Source: a virus (Duplodnaviria; Heunggongvirae; Uroviricota; Caudoviricetes). Taken from it: a DNA stretch of 64,000 nt. Below are positions 29,308 through 38,973 of this stretch, in pieces. The notes beneath the pieces are model-generated. The model worked only from the letters and a program-made list of their open reading frames with translations, searched no databases and was not told where the DNA came from. The position numbers and the translations under genes were made by a program. The DNA lies in IMG/VR virus record IMGVR_UViG_3300010396_000003, positions 1-64,000 of that record. The stretch is one strand, 5' to 3'. The number at the start of each line of letters is the position of its first letter. Positions within the stretch are counted from its first letter, which is position 1.

Positions 29308-29984
29308 TAAAGTGTTCGAGCATACGATTCAACGACGGTTTGGACTTCCGGCGGTATAGACCAGTTCTGGTAACGCGTCGATCCGGCGCCGCCTGACATG
29401 GAACGCGTAGCTTCATCCTGATACTTTCTGCGTTTGTAATTCTGCAACACTACAACATTCGCTGCCGTTTGAATGTCGAGCGGCGTTACGTCATAGCCAG
29501 CAGAATATTGCACATTGATATTTTGAACGCCGCGCCAGAATCTGAGCCCGGATCCTAAAGCTGAAAATGGACCGGAAGGCCAACCCCAGGTTCCGTACGT
29601 TCCCCATCCAGTTAAACTTGAACGCAGAGAAATGCTTTTTCCGGTGCCGTCGACTACCCATCCCTGTACGGCATATCCGCTGGATTGTTGCACGGCAATT
29701 CCGTTGATATTAACGGCGGTAACCGATCGGATCGGCCGGTTATTTAGAAATAGACGGTAAGTTCCTTTGCCGTCATACGTTTCATTGAAGTCGCAGATTG
29801 AATTAAATGGCGATTGCGTGAGGTCTCCGTTTTGATCACCATAACCAGTGAGCCATAGAAACATGGAACCCCACGCGGTTATGCATTGCTGGATTACGTC
29901 ATCATCGTTAATACTGGACGCAGATATTCCGGCCCAATTCTTAAAAATCGCAATCGACGTAAGGTCCAGCTTTGAAACTGTCAT
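29307..29984 (-). CDS. head-tail connector/neck protein candidate
   Basis: 225-aa ORF; call is by position only. Confidence 0.3.
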   Translation of the reverse strand: MTVSKLDLTSIAIFKNWAGISASSINDDDVIQQCITAWGSMFLWLTGYGDQNGDLTQSPFNSICDFNETYDGKGTYRLFLNNRPIRSVTAVNINGIAVQQSSGYAVQGWVVDGTGKSISLRSSLTGWGTYGTWGWPSGPFSALGSGLRFWRGVQNINVQYSAGYDVTPLDIQTAANVVVLQNYKRRKYQDEATRSMSGGAGSTRYQNWSIPPEVQTVVESYARTL

Positions 29985-30811
29985 TAGTAAACGTCTCCCG
30001 CCAACACGGCAGATGCAGGCATGTCACCAATGTATTCATACGTTCCCATGTGGGTCGTCCGCATGAACGGCATTAGATATGCCTTATAACCCATCGCGCA
30101 ACAGTCATGAATAAACCAATAATCTTCCGAGTCGTATTCACGCGTTTCTGGATTAATACCGCACTTAAAGAAATCCCAAATTGGACCTGGCAGAGAATTC
30201 GGATCACACCGAGGCTCATACCAGCGATCACTATAAACTTCTTTAAACTTCAAGAAGACCTCTCGCTTCACCATTAAAATACCGGTTCCTAAATGACGAA
30301 CCTGTTCCGGTTTCGCAAGATCAGCAATCGCAGTTTTTCCAGGAAGATAATTGACAACAAAACTGCCACCAATTCGCTTCAATTCTTCTGCGCTATATTC
30401 ACGGCTTCCGGGACGGCGGATAGCGCGCTGAATTCGATCCCACCTAATTTCCTTTCTGACGCAGGGAGCTCCGATGATATCGAGATCGGATTCAAGCATT
30501 GCAATAATATCCTCGGGCTCAAAACCAATATCGGCGTCGATGAATATAGCGTGGGTATATGGTTTTTTTTGACTGTCGAATCCCTGTTTCAAATAAGCAT
30601 CAGCCAGACGATTACGAGCCCGCGAAATCAACGATTCGTTGTATATACTCTGATAGCCCATTTCAATTGGGGGTTCACCGAGAGAACGCATTTTCTCGGA
30701 AAGATCGCGGATCAAATTGGTCAAACGAACAAAAGAATTGTGGTAATTGGAAGTAAGATTTCCCCCATACATCGGGGTTAAAACACAAAGCGATTTACCT
30801 TTAATTGACAA
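29984..30811 (-). CDS. GT-A fold glycosyltransferase (DxD)
   Basis: CVLTPMYGG N-terminus and HAIFIDADIGFEPEDIIAML DxD region typical of GT2-like enzymes. Confidence 0.45.
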   Translation of the reverse strand: MSIKGKSLCVLTPMYGGNLTSNYHNSFVRLTNLIRDLSEKMRSLGEPPIEMGYQSIYNESLISRARNRLADAYLKQGFDSQKKPYTHAIFIDADIGFEPEDIIAMLESDLDIIGAPCVRKEIRWDRIQRAIRRPGSREYSAEELKRIGGSFVVNYLPGKTAIADLAKPEQVRHLGTGILMVKREVFLKFKEVYSDRWYEPRCDPNSLPGPIWDFFKCGINPETREYDSEDYWFIHDCCAMGYKAYLMPFMRTTHMGTYEYIGDMPASAVLAGDVY

Positions 30812-31205
30812 TTGGGAGCCTCGAAAGGTCTTTTATCAAAAAATTCGAACCAATGCTAAGACATTCATGTATTATTCTCTTATGGAACCAAAAACCGTTG
30901 TAGCCCACAATGCACAGCTAACCGGGTCGTTTACGGAATTTCCGAATACAACAATCAAACAATCCGCAGGTTGGAAGGAACTGTCTTACGAAGATATGGA
31001 GAGTGCCGTTGAATACTTTGAACTTCGTGGATGGATTTCCAAAGATCAGGCTGGCATAATTCGTTCTCGTATAGCCAGGAAGCTGTAGGGAAATTGTCTC
31101 CTAAAGTCGCCTGGAAAAAGGTCTAAACCGTGAGCCACCAAAAATTCTGCACCGACTGCAATAAGTGGGTTGTTTTGAAGACAATCCAATCCTGGTCAAT
31201 TCACA

Positions 31206-31727
31206 TTACGAAGTCTTCCCATTTGCGAGCGGTAAAGATACGCTTGGGTCTAGTAAAATCAAGGAAGGAAAGTTCTTCCAAACCTCAGAAATACCGCCAT
31301 CCTTAAATTGCATTCTCATTTCGTCTGTTGGGTTTGCCGGTAATTCCTCAAGATAGAAGTGTGGATTATCTTTTATGTGACACCACTTCGCACCTTCGGC
31401 AAGTCCGCACGATGGCGCCGTGGCAAGAAGTTTCTGCCAAGCCGGATGGCTTAAATTCCAGTCCGGCTGACCCGGCATAATATCTTCCGGAACAAGGTCG
31501 ACAGCATACCCAAAGTTGTGCGCCGAATAACCTCCCGGCGTGTTTGTTACGATCTCTCCCGGTTTCGTTCTTCCTTGAGCATAGAGATTGTCTTCCTGAG
31601 CCCAGGTTCTCATTCCTGCGGTTACTTGGAGCGATAGACTAGGAAGCAATTGATCAAGTTGTATGATGCGTCGCGCAAGTTCTGGATGTATTTCTTTAAG
31701 TCTAGCCTGGGATGTTGCTGTAAACAT
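31206..31727 (-). CDS. peptidase M15 family endolysin (L-Ala-D-Glu / D-Ala-D-Ala peptidase-like)
   Basis: VTAGMRT...GGYSAHNFGYAVDLVP matches the SxHxxGxAxD zinc-binding signature of M15 peptidases. Confidence 0.7.
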   Translation of the reverse strand: MFTATSQARLKEIHPELARRIIQLDQLLPSLSLQVTAGMRTWAQEDNLYAQGRTKPGEIVTNTPGGYSAHNFGYAVDLVPEDIMPGQPDWNLSHPAWQKLLATAPSCGLAEGAKWCHIKDNPHFYLEELPANPTDEMRMQFKDGGISEVWKNFPSLILLDPSVSLPLANGKTS

Positions 31728-32134
31728 TATCGAGACCCCGCACGAACATTATTCGGAATTACATAGATACCGTCGTTCAAGGCGACCGGAATGGTCCATA
31801 TCCAAATGATATGACGGTATGATTTATCGGGGGCGTAATGCCATAAAAGGTGGTTTAGCGTTACAGTTCCCATTGTGTATCCTGCGGCCGTACCCCATAC
31901 TCCGATCGTATTCGGATGTTGACCGATGAAGGGTGCCGTTTCTATACAAGATGGACAATTTATTTCTGCAAAACGCGTACTCGCTGCATCGGCAGAAAAC
32001 GCGGCTGCAAGGATCACATCGGATGCGAGTAATTCTTTATGGGAATTAATATAATGCCACGCTTTTCCAAGCGGATTAGCGGTTGCCGCGCCACAAAATA
32101 TCGATAGACAGATTAATAGAATTAACGTCTTCAT
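31727..32134 (-). CDS. secreted hypothetical protein
   Basis: Signal peptide MKTLILLICLSIFCGAATA. Overlaps the endolysin start (ATGA). Confidence 0.4.
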   Translation of the reverse strand: MKTLILLICLSIFCGAATANPLGKAWHYINSHKELLASDVILAAAFSADAASTRFAEINCPSCIETAPFIGQHPNTIGVWGTAAGYTMGTVTLNHLLWHYAPDKSYRHIIWIWTIPVALNDGIYVIPNNVRAGSR

Positions 32135-32223
32135 TATTCCTCCCCAAAAAAATAAGAGCGCCTTTCCCAGGCGCTCTTATTTAGTGAAAAATTTCGCACA
32201 ACCACCGGATCCACCACGGCCAA

Positions 32224-32631
32224 TTACTGCACGGTGGCGGTTGGATTGGTGGGGGTGTTGGGGTTGGAGGGAAAGCTAGACGGGATCGCCACCGTCGCTA
32301 CGTTGCTTGGTCCACTCGTATTACCAATCGAGTCGACAGTATAAACAACATAGCTGTAGGTGGTGCTTACTGATAGTCCAGCAGCCGGATCGAGGAAGCT
32401 TGTTCCCAATACAAGTGAAGAATTCGCTTTCGTCCAAGTGCCAGAGCTCGTCACACACGTTCCCGTACAACGATAAACATTGTAGCCAGCAATAGGATTA
32501 ACATCCGAACCCTGAGAGGCCGCAGTCCATGATGCCAAAACACCATGTTGTGATGCTCCAGGTGCCTGTGCCATCGCCGGCACAGCGGAGACAATCAAAA
32601 ACAACAAAATAGGAAATAATTTCTTAACCAT
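32224..32631 (-). CDS. secreted fibronectin-III-like domain protein
   Basis: Start reassigned to MVKKLFPILLFLIVSAVPAMA (AGGAG RBS). GYNVYRCTG...TYSYVVYTVDSIGNTSGPS is FN3-like. Confidence 0.4.
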   Translation of the reverse strand: MVKKLFPILLFLIVSAVPAMAQAPGASQHGVLASWTAASQGSDVNPIAGYNVYRCTGTCVTSSGTWTKANSSLVLGTSFLDPAAGLSVSTTYSYVVYTVDSIGNTSGPSNVATVAIPSSFPSNPNTPTNPTATVQ

Positions 32632-32714
32632 CGTTTTCTCCTTTTTATTCAAGAGCCGGATCGTTCCCAGCGCTCCGGCTCCCGATTCGTGCGACCCTTC
32701 ATTGACACACGAAA

Positions 32715-32909
32715 TCAATGAGTTTCGTGATGAACAACCGCTTTTAGATCCATTTTGGGATGACGAAGTGGTTGTGTGATTGTTTGCACCGGCTTGTGAA
32801 ATATATGTTGCACGCCATGCTTAATCCCAACGACACCAGCATGTGCACCATAAATTAATAAACCGGCGAGTGCTATTCCGAGAATTACTTGTGGATCTGC
32901 GCTTTCCAT
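32715..32909 (-). CDS. small membrane protein (holin candidate)
   Basis: 64 aa with a TM helix (ILGIALAGLLIYGAHAGVVGI) and a charged His-rich tail. Confidence 0.3.
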   Translation of the reverse strand: MESADPQVILGIALAGLLIYGAHAGVVGIKHGVQHIFHKPVQTITQPLRHPKMDLKAVVHHETH

Positions 32910-32911
32910 GT

Positions 32912-33655
32912 TTATGCCGCCTTTAGAGCTTGAAGATCAGCCTGTAGGGTTTGGAGATCGAATCCGAAAATTGGGGTCTTCTGTGCTGCTGTCAACCAGT
33001 CTTGGGTAATAATTGCGTAAGCTTCATCAACATATGTCTTCCAAAATTCCCAAGACATTTGCTGGCGCTTTGCCCAAGTAATACATGTACAACCAAGAGA
33101 ACCATAACCAAGAACACAGACACAGTGACCACCGACGATATTTTTATCACTCGTATTGTTCCAGGCTTGTCCTGAGCTGAATTCATTCATCGCAGTCTCT
33201 GTAACGTTAAATCCAATGTCGAGACCGCCAAAGATTGTGATCGCTTGTTTAATTGCTGTTATATTTGAGGTGTCGATCTGAGCCCAGCCCAAAATCTTGC
33301 GATTGGCAATACCGGTAGTGCGCCAGTACTCAAGAACATCCGTAATAACGCAGCCATTGTCGTTCATACCGGTTTGCGGGTCATATCCACTAACAGCGGA
33401 ATAACCACGAATGATGTCCTGAAGGCTCGGAATATATAGACCGTAAGTACGCGAGCTCCATTCCATTTCAAGATGTCCAGGACTGGCGAATGTACAATCC
33501 CCGATTTTGTCATTGCCCATCATTGTCCAGTCGGAGATGTTGTATTCGTAGGCAAATGCCCGCGGCGGATCCGCTAACTTTACGTACTTCGATAAATCAA
33601 GCGTTAGCGGATGTTCTTTGCGCGGCAATTTGCCAAGCTTAAGGCTATTCATCAT
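32912..33655 (-). CDS. papain-like (C1-type) cysteine peptidase
   Basis: KIGDCTFAS (Cys nucleophile context) and GGHCVCVLGYG (His context, compare HAVxxVGYG in papain). Confidence 0.45.
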   Translation of the reverse strand: MMNSLKLGKLPRKEHPLTLDLSKYVKLADPPRAFAYEYNISDWTMMGNDKIGDCTFASPGHLEMEWSSRTYGLYIPSLQDIIRGYSAVSGYDPQTGMNDNGCVITDVLEYWRTTGIANRKILGWAQIDTSNITAIKQAITIFGGLDIGFNVTETAMNEFSSGQAWNNTSDKNIVGGHCVCVLGYGSLGCTCITWAKRQQMSWEFWKTYVDEAYAIITQDWLTAAQKTPIFGFDLQTLQADLQALKAA

Positions 33656-33660
33656 TCACC

Positions 33661-34281
33661 TTAGTAAGATCCGAAATGTAGTGTCCGGTACAACATTGAA
33701 TGCACGTGGATTTTATGTTTTGCCGTGTACGAATCCACCGCTTGGTTACCAGTTTTAACAGTCAACTGTGAATTATACGAACTCACGAAGGTCTTAAGTG
33801 GCAATGGAACCGTGCTCGATGCTAGAGATTCCCTCATGGTCACGGCTTGTCTGCAGTTCGGGATAACAGCTAGCACAGCTGTAACCGTGCCGGCAACAAG
33901 GGCGGACAGTGTAATGATTTTTGCCTGTGTCGCTTGATCTGAAATCTGCGCAAGAGACATAACCTGCGCTTCATCCGACGCGTAGGTATTGATTGCTGCC
34001 TGTAACTGTGAGCATGCGGTTGGAGCAGCACTAGCGGAAGCAGCAGCAAAGTCTGCCGCTAAAACCTTGATAGTTTCCGCGTCAGTATTGATTTTTGATG
34101 CGAGCGCAACGTTAATCGGCTGGCCCTTCGCAATGGCGATGATATTCAGGATGTTGATTAATGCTGGTGCGGCTGCAACCAAGATATTATCAACGGTGGT
34201 CACCCAAGAAGCGGAACATCCGGAAATTACCATCACAAAACACAACGACAGAGCCATAAGTGATTTTGAAAATAGTTTCAT
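33661..34281 (-). CDS. lipoprotein
   Basis: Signal peptide with lipobox VISGC. Ala-rich mature protein. Confidence 0.45.
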   Translation of the reverse strand: MKLFSKSLMALSLCFVMVISGCSASWVTTVDNILVAAAPALINILNIIAIAKGQPINVALASKINTDAETIKVLAADFAAASASAAPTACSQLQAAINTYASDEAQVMSLAQISDQATQAKIITLSALVAGTVTAVLAVIPNCRQAVTMRESLASSTVPLPLKTFVSSYNSQLTVKTGNQAVDSYTAKHKIHVHSMLYRTLHFGSY

Positions 34282-34311
34282 GTTTTCTCCTATGTCAGAA
34301 GAACCTACGGA

Positions 34312-35547
34312 TTATTTCGCACCAATGCCAACAGTTTTTTCGACAACACCCATTGGATCGATAAGTACTTTATTTTCATAATTAAGAGTTTTGTATTCCA
34401 GCCACGCGGTCGCGATAACAATTACTGGACTTATTAAAACCTCGGCAAGTGAATGGGAATGTGGTGCCTGTGGATCGTGCGTCTTAACGGTATACCCCAT
34501 GCCCATTAGTAATTCTTTGAGTTTTAATCCTGGAGATTCTTCTGTTACTGGCGTGTTCGGCTTATAGCTTTGACCAAGAATTCCGATTGTACCGAAATTT
34601 CTGTAGTTACATTTGTTTTGGATTTCGGCTGCAATCGAATAAATTAATGCTTCATTTAGATCGTCGGTTGCTACAGAAAGCAACGGAGCTGTCAATCCTC
34701 GAGCCGTATACTGAAAAAGGCGATTGTCTCGCGGCAAACATGGACCTCCGTATGGCATTCCAAAACGCAAACAAGAACGCCCTACGCGTCGATCAGATCC
34801 GACCGCGTCCAAGACTACGTGTGGATTCGCGCCTAACTTCCTAGCAAGTGCCCCGACCTGGTTGGCAAAGCTAATTTTTGTCGTAAGGGCACAATTAACA
34901 GAGATCTTCGCCAGTTCAGCTTCGATCAATGTCATTACTTTGTATCCCTCTTGAACCTTGTAATTCATCCCACGCTCATATAATTCTGTTGTTAGATCCG
35001 CTGCTTTTTTGCTCGACACACCGAACAAACCGAAGTCTGGATATTGGAGATTATCGATAACACTTCCGAGAGCAATGAATTCAGGCTTATACACCAAGTG
35101 AAATGGAAGTTCCTGCATCGCTTCGCGCAATAATGGCAGAAAAACCTTCTCACAAGATCCAGGTGTGACCGTAGAATTGATGATAAAAACATAGTCAGAA
35201 ATACGGCGCGCATAGACCTCATGCGCAACAGATTTCATGGCTACAATTAGATATTCGTTGGAAAAACTGCCATCGGCAAGACTTGGTGTGAGGGTTATAA
35301 AGCAGCAAGCTTCTGTACCGCGGATAGCATCGAGGACTTGAGCTGTGGCGCGAAGGGTTCTGCCGTGCGTTTTCTTTATTAGACGTTCAAGACCCGGTTC
35401 TTGAACGGGAGCCCTACCGGTGTTAATTGCCAGTACTTTTGTTTCGTCAAGATCGAGGCCAACTACATTAACGTCATTTGCAGCAAATAACGCCGCAATG
35501 GGGCTACCCAACTTCCCCAAACCACATACACAAATGTTTTTGATCAC
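34312..35547 (-). CDS. UDP-glucose/GDP-mannose 6-dehydrogenase family (nucleotide-sugar dehydrogenase)
   Basis: N-terminal Rossmann ICVCGLGKLGSPIAALFA, catalytic GMPYGGPCLPRD (compare GGSCFPKD), 411 aa. Confidence 0.8.
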   Translation of the reverse strand: MIKNICVCGLGKLGSPIAALFAANDVNVVGLDLDETKVLAINTGRAPVQEPGLERLIKKTHGRTLRATAQVLDAIRGTEACCFITLTPSLADGSFSNEYLIVAMKSVAHEVYARRISDYVFIINSTVTPGSCEKVFLPLLREAMQELPFHLVYKPEFIALGSVIDNLQYPDFGLFGVSSKKAADLTTELYERGMNYKVQEGYKVMTLIEAELAKISVNCALTTKISFANQVGALARKLGANPHVVLDAVGSDRRVGRSCLRFGMPYGGPCLPRDNRLFQYTARGLTAPLLSVATDDLNEALIYSIAAEIQNKCNYRNFGTIGILGQSYKPNTPVTEESPGLKLKELLMGMGYTVKTHDPQAPHSHSLAEVLISPVIVIATAWLEYKTLNYENKVLIDPMGVVEKTVGIGAK

Positions 35548-35583
35548 GCACTACAGATACACAAAACGGTGAACCGATGATAA

Positions 35584-36315
35584 TTATTTTTTGTGGGGGC
35601 AATCTTCCCAGTGATAAGATTCGTTTCCAAGTGCCATGTCAATTAGATACCACGTTCCGTCTTTTGCTTTAGCAAAATCAATAGACCAATAATCTCCTAG
35701 TTCGGCGCCGGCTGCTTCAGCCAATGGCGTCAAAAAACTAATTTCTTCTTCCGGCTCATTGTTTAGAATAGCCAGTCGTTCTTTCCACGTTCCTTTGGTA
35801 CCTGGTTCGAATATCATCGGCTGCCCGTTAAAGACTTCTTCCGGCCAATAGGGATGATGACATTCAATTTTCCCGTTGCGGACAAAATAACGACGCTCGC
35901 GATTGATGGGCATTTCACCACGGAAGGCTTTAAATGAAATCTCGAGATCCAGGAATTCGCGGAATACAATTGCTTCATACGGCAAACCGAACAGACCTGC
36001 CAACTCATGGAATTCAAGAAGGGATACTAGGTTTTTGCTCAGTACATTCATATTGGGAACATAGCAAGTATTTTTCCACGAGTGTTTTTCTGACGACAAA
36101 TCGGTTCGAAGAAAAAGAGGGAAGCCAAATTTATCCGCCTCTTTCATGAGGTCACTAACAAGACCAGTAAAGTACGGACATTCATCCCCATCGAAAATCG
36201 GAAACACCTTCTCGCGATCTATCGGGATAATTTTCGTCCGCGGGACAGGAATGCCAAGCTTTGATACGCGCGGAAACCAATAGGTAAGGCTAGTTTTGTA
36301 TGGTTTAGAAGGCAT
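35584..36315 (-). CDS. ATP-grasp-like protein
   Basis: FPLFLRTD...EAIVFREFL...YWSIDFAKAKDGTWYLIDMALGNE resembles ATP-grasp motifs. Start set to the internal Met to limit overlap. Confidence 0.3.
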   Translation of the reverse strand: MPSKPYKTSLTYWFPRVSKLGIPVPRTKIIPIDREKVFPIFDGDECPYFTGLVSDLMKEADKFGFPLFLRTDLSSEKHSWKNTCYVPNMNVLSKNLVSLLEFHELAGLFGLPYEAIVFREFLDLEISFKAFRGEMPINRERRYFVRNGKIECHHPYWPEEVFNGQPMIFEPGTKGTWKERLAILNNEPEEEISFLTPLAEAAGAELGDYWSIDFAKAKDGTWYLIDMALGNESYHWEDCPHKK

Positions 36316-37141
36316 GTCCACACTGATTACAACGGCGCATGCCACCAGCCATCCCGAGGGCGCCACTACCGCATTTCGGACAAGCCTTCTTGGATATAGG
36401 GCCGGATGCATGCGCTATCACCGGTTGACCACTAAGCTGCACCGGTGAATGGTCTTTCGATGTGCGGAAGTAATAGAAATACATCGGTTCGTTGATATAA
36501 TGCTCCGATCGCACAACCTTCAATGTTCGAAGTTCATTCGCCCAACGCGCATCTTCGCCATGTCCGCCCGACATTTTTACTTTTAGCGCGAGCTCTGTCT
36601 TTATCGGATTTACATGGGATAGATCGCGATAGTATGCACTGTCGTCTTCTGACCACTTTGTATATTTCAGCGAATGGTAGGTTGGTTTCTGTTTATTTCC
36701 ATCGATAAATAACTGAATGTTGTAGCCGATGTAGTCGACTCCATCGAGTAACGGATAAATTTTAGAGAAATAATCATCGGCAACGATATCGTCATCATCG
36801 ATAAAAACACTATATTCACCCTTGGCTTGCTCGCGGAGTTGCTGACGGTTCGTACCGAGGTCCATTGATTCATCAAAAATACGGGTCAAGACTTCGACAT
36901 GATAATTTCCGTTACCGATTTGCTGTGTTAGAGAAGACATCAGTCGAGAGAGATATGGTGCGCGTGATGGTTGCGTAAGAATCATCACGGTAAGCTTTGG
37001 ACCGGTGATTTTCGGAGTTTCGATTGAATCCAAAGGCTTCGAGTCTTTCTTTACATCTTCCTCGGGTGTGGCGACTATGGGAGTTCCTTCGCGCACCACA
37101 ACATCAACCTTTGGAAGTGGATCTTTCTTTTTCTCGCTCAT
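36305..37141 (-). CDS. GT2-like glycosyltransferase with C-terminal zinc ribbon
   Basis: MILTQPSRAPYL and the acidic EYSVFIDDDDIVADD DxD stretch. C-terminal CPKCGSG...CNQCGH. Confidence 0.5.
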   Translation of the reverse strand: MSEKKKDPLPKVDVVVREGTPIVATPEEDVKKDSKPLDSIETPKITGPKLTVMILTQPSRAPYLSRLMSSLTQQIGNGNYHVEVLTRIFDESMDLGTNRQQLREQAKGEYSVFIDDDDIVADDYFSKIYPLLDGVDYIGYNIQLFIDGNKQKPTYHSLKYTKWSEDDSAYYRDLSHVNPIKTELALKVKMSGGHGEDARWANELRTLKVVRSEHYINEPMYFYYFRTSKDHSPVQLSGQPVIAHASGPISKKACPKCGSGALGMAGGMRRCNQCGHAF

Positions 37142-37818
37142 GTGTTCTCCATGACTGCTCGTAGTTTTTCGATTGCAGCCTCACGTTCCGGCCGCAATTT
37201 TTCATAAAGCAAATCGGGTCGATCTTTCATATGCCGATCAATGCGTTCCTGGTACGTTTGATCGCATTCCGATCTGCCAAACCAAAAGTGTAAATGATCG
37301 ACAATAATCGGCAAGCATTTTCTTCTATTTAATGCATTCGCGCAATCATTTAGAAATGTATCACCGTAATCGCTCGAAAACCAAGGCGCAATAAAGAAAC
37401 CAACAACGTCCGCCCAGCGTCTATGGACAAAACCGTGTGCGCCAAAATCTTTGTAATAGCCGCCGCTGTCGTATGGATGTGTAAACCAGATTTTATCTGA
37501 AGTTTGGGAGTAGAAATTCTCAACAATGATATCCCACCCATATGTTCGATAAACAACATCATCGTTTGACTGCTGCCATATATCTCCAGTGGCAATCTCA
37601 GCGCATTTATTCCAACAATCGCTCAACGTAATTCTCGGCCCAATAATCTTCTTAACTGCAAGTTGATCAGCCATAGCCGCACTTTCCGTATCATCGTTAT
37701 CGATGTATAGAATTATCTCAATTGGTTTCGATGAGGTAAGCCAAACCGATTCAATCATCCGTTGGAGGATTAGCGGTCGCTTACGCGTTGGCAGAAGTAC
37801 GCTGATCATATGCATCAT
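37138..37818 (-). CDS. glycosyltransferase (GT-A fold)
   Basis: ISVLLPTRKRPLIL and IILYIDNDD motifs. Confidence 0.45.
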   Translation of the reverse strand: MMHMISVLLPTRKRPLILQRMIESVWLTSSKPIEIILYIDNDDTESAAMADQLAVKKIIGPRITLSDCWNKCAEIATGDIWQQSNDDVVYRTYGWDIIVENFYSQTSDKIWFTHPYDSGGYYKDFGAHGFVHRRWADVVGFFIAPWFSSDYGDTFLNDCANALNRRKCLPIIVDHLHFWFGRSECDQTYQERIDRHMKDRPDLLYEKLRPEREAAIEKLRAVMENT

Positions 37819-38533
37819 TCTTCATAAAAAGATTGAAATCAAATTCACGGATAACGCTCCACTCCGGGAGCAAAGAAAGCAATTCGGGACGCTCTGCTTG
37901 CCCGTCATACAATGCCTTTTCTTCTGCTTCAATGAACAAATAACGTGCGTGACGCAATGCTTTCTGTCCGCCAGTTATCATTTGGTTCTCGGCACCCTGG
38001 ATATCCACCCACAATAAATCGATCCGCGGCAACGCATATGCATTAAATAGATAATCCAATGTAAAGCATGGGATACCACCGGGAATCGGCCGAAAATCAT
38101 ACCATGGATTTTTTTCAAGATGTCTGGTCGGCATTCGAACGGAACCGGATCCGCGCCCTTCTGGTGTGTAGCATGCCCAAAAATCGCAATTACCGTTACG
38201 ATCAGATATGGCGCCGTAGAGATGACGTCCAGGAATATGCCTGTCGGCTATTCTGCGGTAATTATCTGGATCCGCTTCAACGGTAACAATAATTGGACTT
38301 TTATCTCTGACCGCTTGAAACATCCACTCGGTGTCTTCTCCACAATATGCTCCCAATTCAACAATACAGGGCGCGACTGGACATGAATTTAAAACACTCA
38401 GAACCGCACGCTGTTCATCTGCACTCGCCATATCTACTCCGGTCTCTGAAATACGGCTACACCAACCAATGACGGAAACACTAAATGATGCCAATTCCTT
38501 TGAGATGCAAAACCGGGATACAAACCGGGACAT
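37781..38533 (-). CDS. FkbM-family methyltransferase
   Basis: IVELGAYCGEDTEWM...IVTVEADPDNYRRI resembles FkbM-domain MTases. Confidence 0.45.
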   Translation of the reverse strand: MSRFVSRFCISKELASFSVSVIGWCSRISETGVDMASADEQRAVLSVLNSCPVAPCIVELGAYCGEDTEWMFQAVRDKSPIIVTVEADPDNYRRIADRHIPGRHLYGAISDRNGNCDFWACYTPEGRGSGSVRMPTRHLEKNPWYDFRPIPGGIPCFTLDYLFNAYALPRIDLLWVDIQGAENQMITGGQKALRHARYLFIEAEEKALYDGQAERPELLSLLPEWSVIREFDFNLFMKNDAYDQRTSANA

Positions 38534-38973
38534 TCTTTACAGGCATCATGAAAGGCGACAATTCCCAGCGGTGTGATGTTATTTTCGTTAAGACTAAGCA
38601 ATTCTGATAGACGCACATCCTGAGTTCCGGAATCGATATGTGCAAAATCAATCTGCCTGAATTGTGAAATTAGCTCTTTCCCTTCGCAATGATGGACCGT
38701 TACCGGCAAATACGATAAGCGTTGACGCCCAGCGGAAATCTTCGTTGCATCAATATCGCAGGTGTGGAGATGTCCATACCCATTGTCGGCTAAAGCTTTG
38801 CCGATCCATTCGGCAGAATCGCCAATATAGAGACCTGTTTCGATACAAACATCTGGCTTCATAATGCGCACGAGTGCATATAAAAGAGCACCAACCTCGA
38901 GCTCTACCCCCATCCATAAACGTTTAACGTAGCGGTCAAACGCTCGCGGGCACTCTGGTAATTTTTGATACAT
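38434..38973 (-). CDS. class I SAM-dependent methyltransferase (CmcI/O-MT-like)
   Basis: VCIETGLYIGDSAEWIGKAL glycine-rich SAM motif and a downstream acidic DIDAT. Confidence 0.45.
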   Translation of the reverse strand: MYQKLPECPRAFDRYVKRLWMGVELEVGALLYALVRIMKPDVCIETGLYIGDSAEWIGKALADNGYGHLHTCDIDATKISAGRQRLSYLPVTVHHCEGKELISQFRQIDFAHIDSGTQDVRLSELLSLNENNITPLGIVAFHDACKECPGLYPGFASQRNWHHLVFPSLVGVAVFQRPE

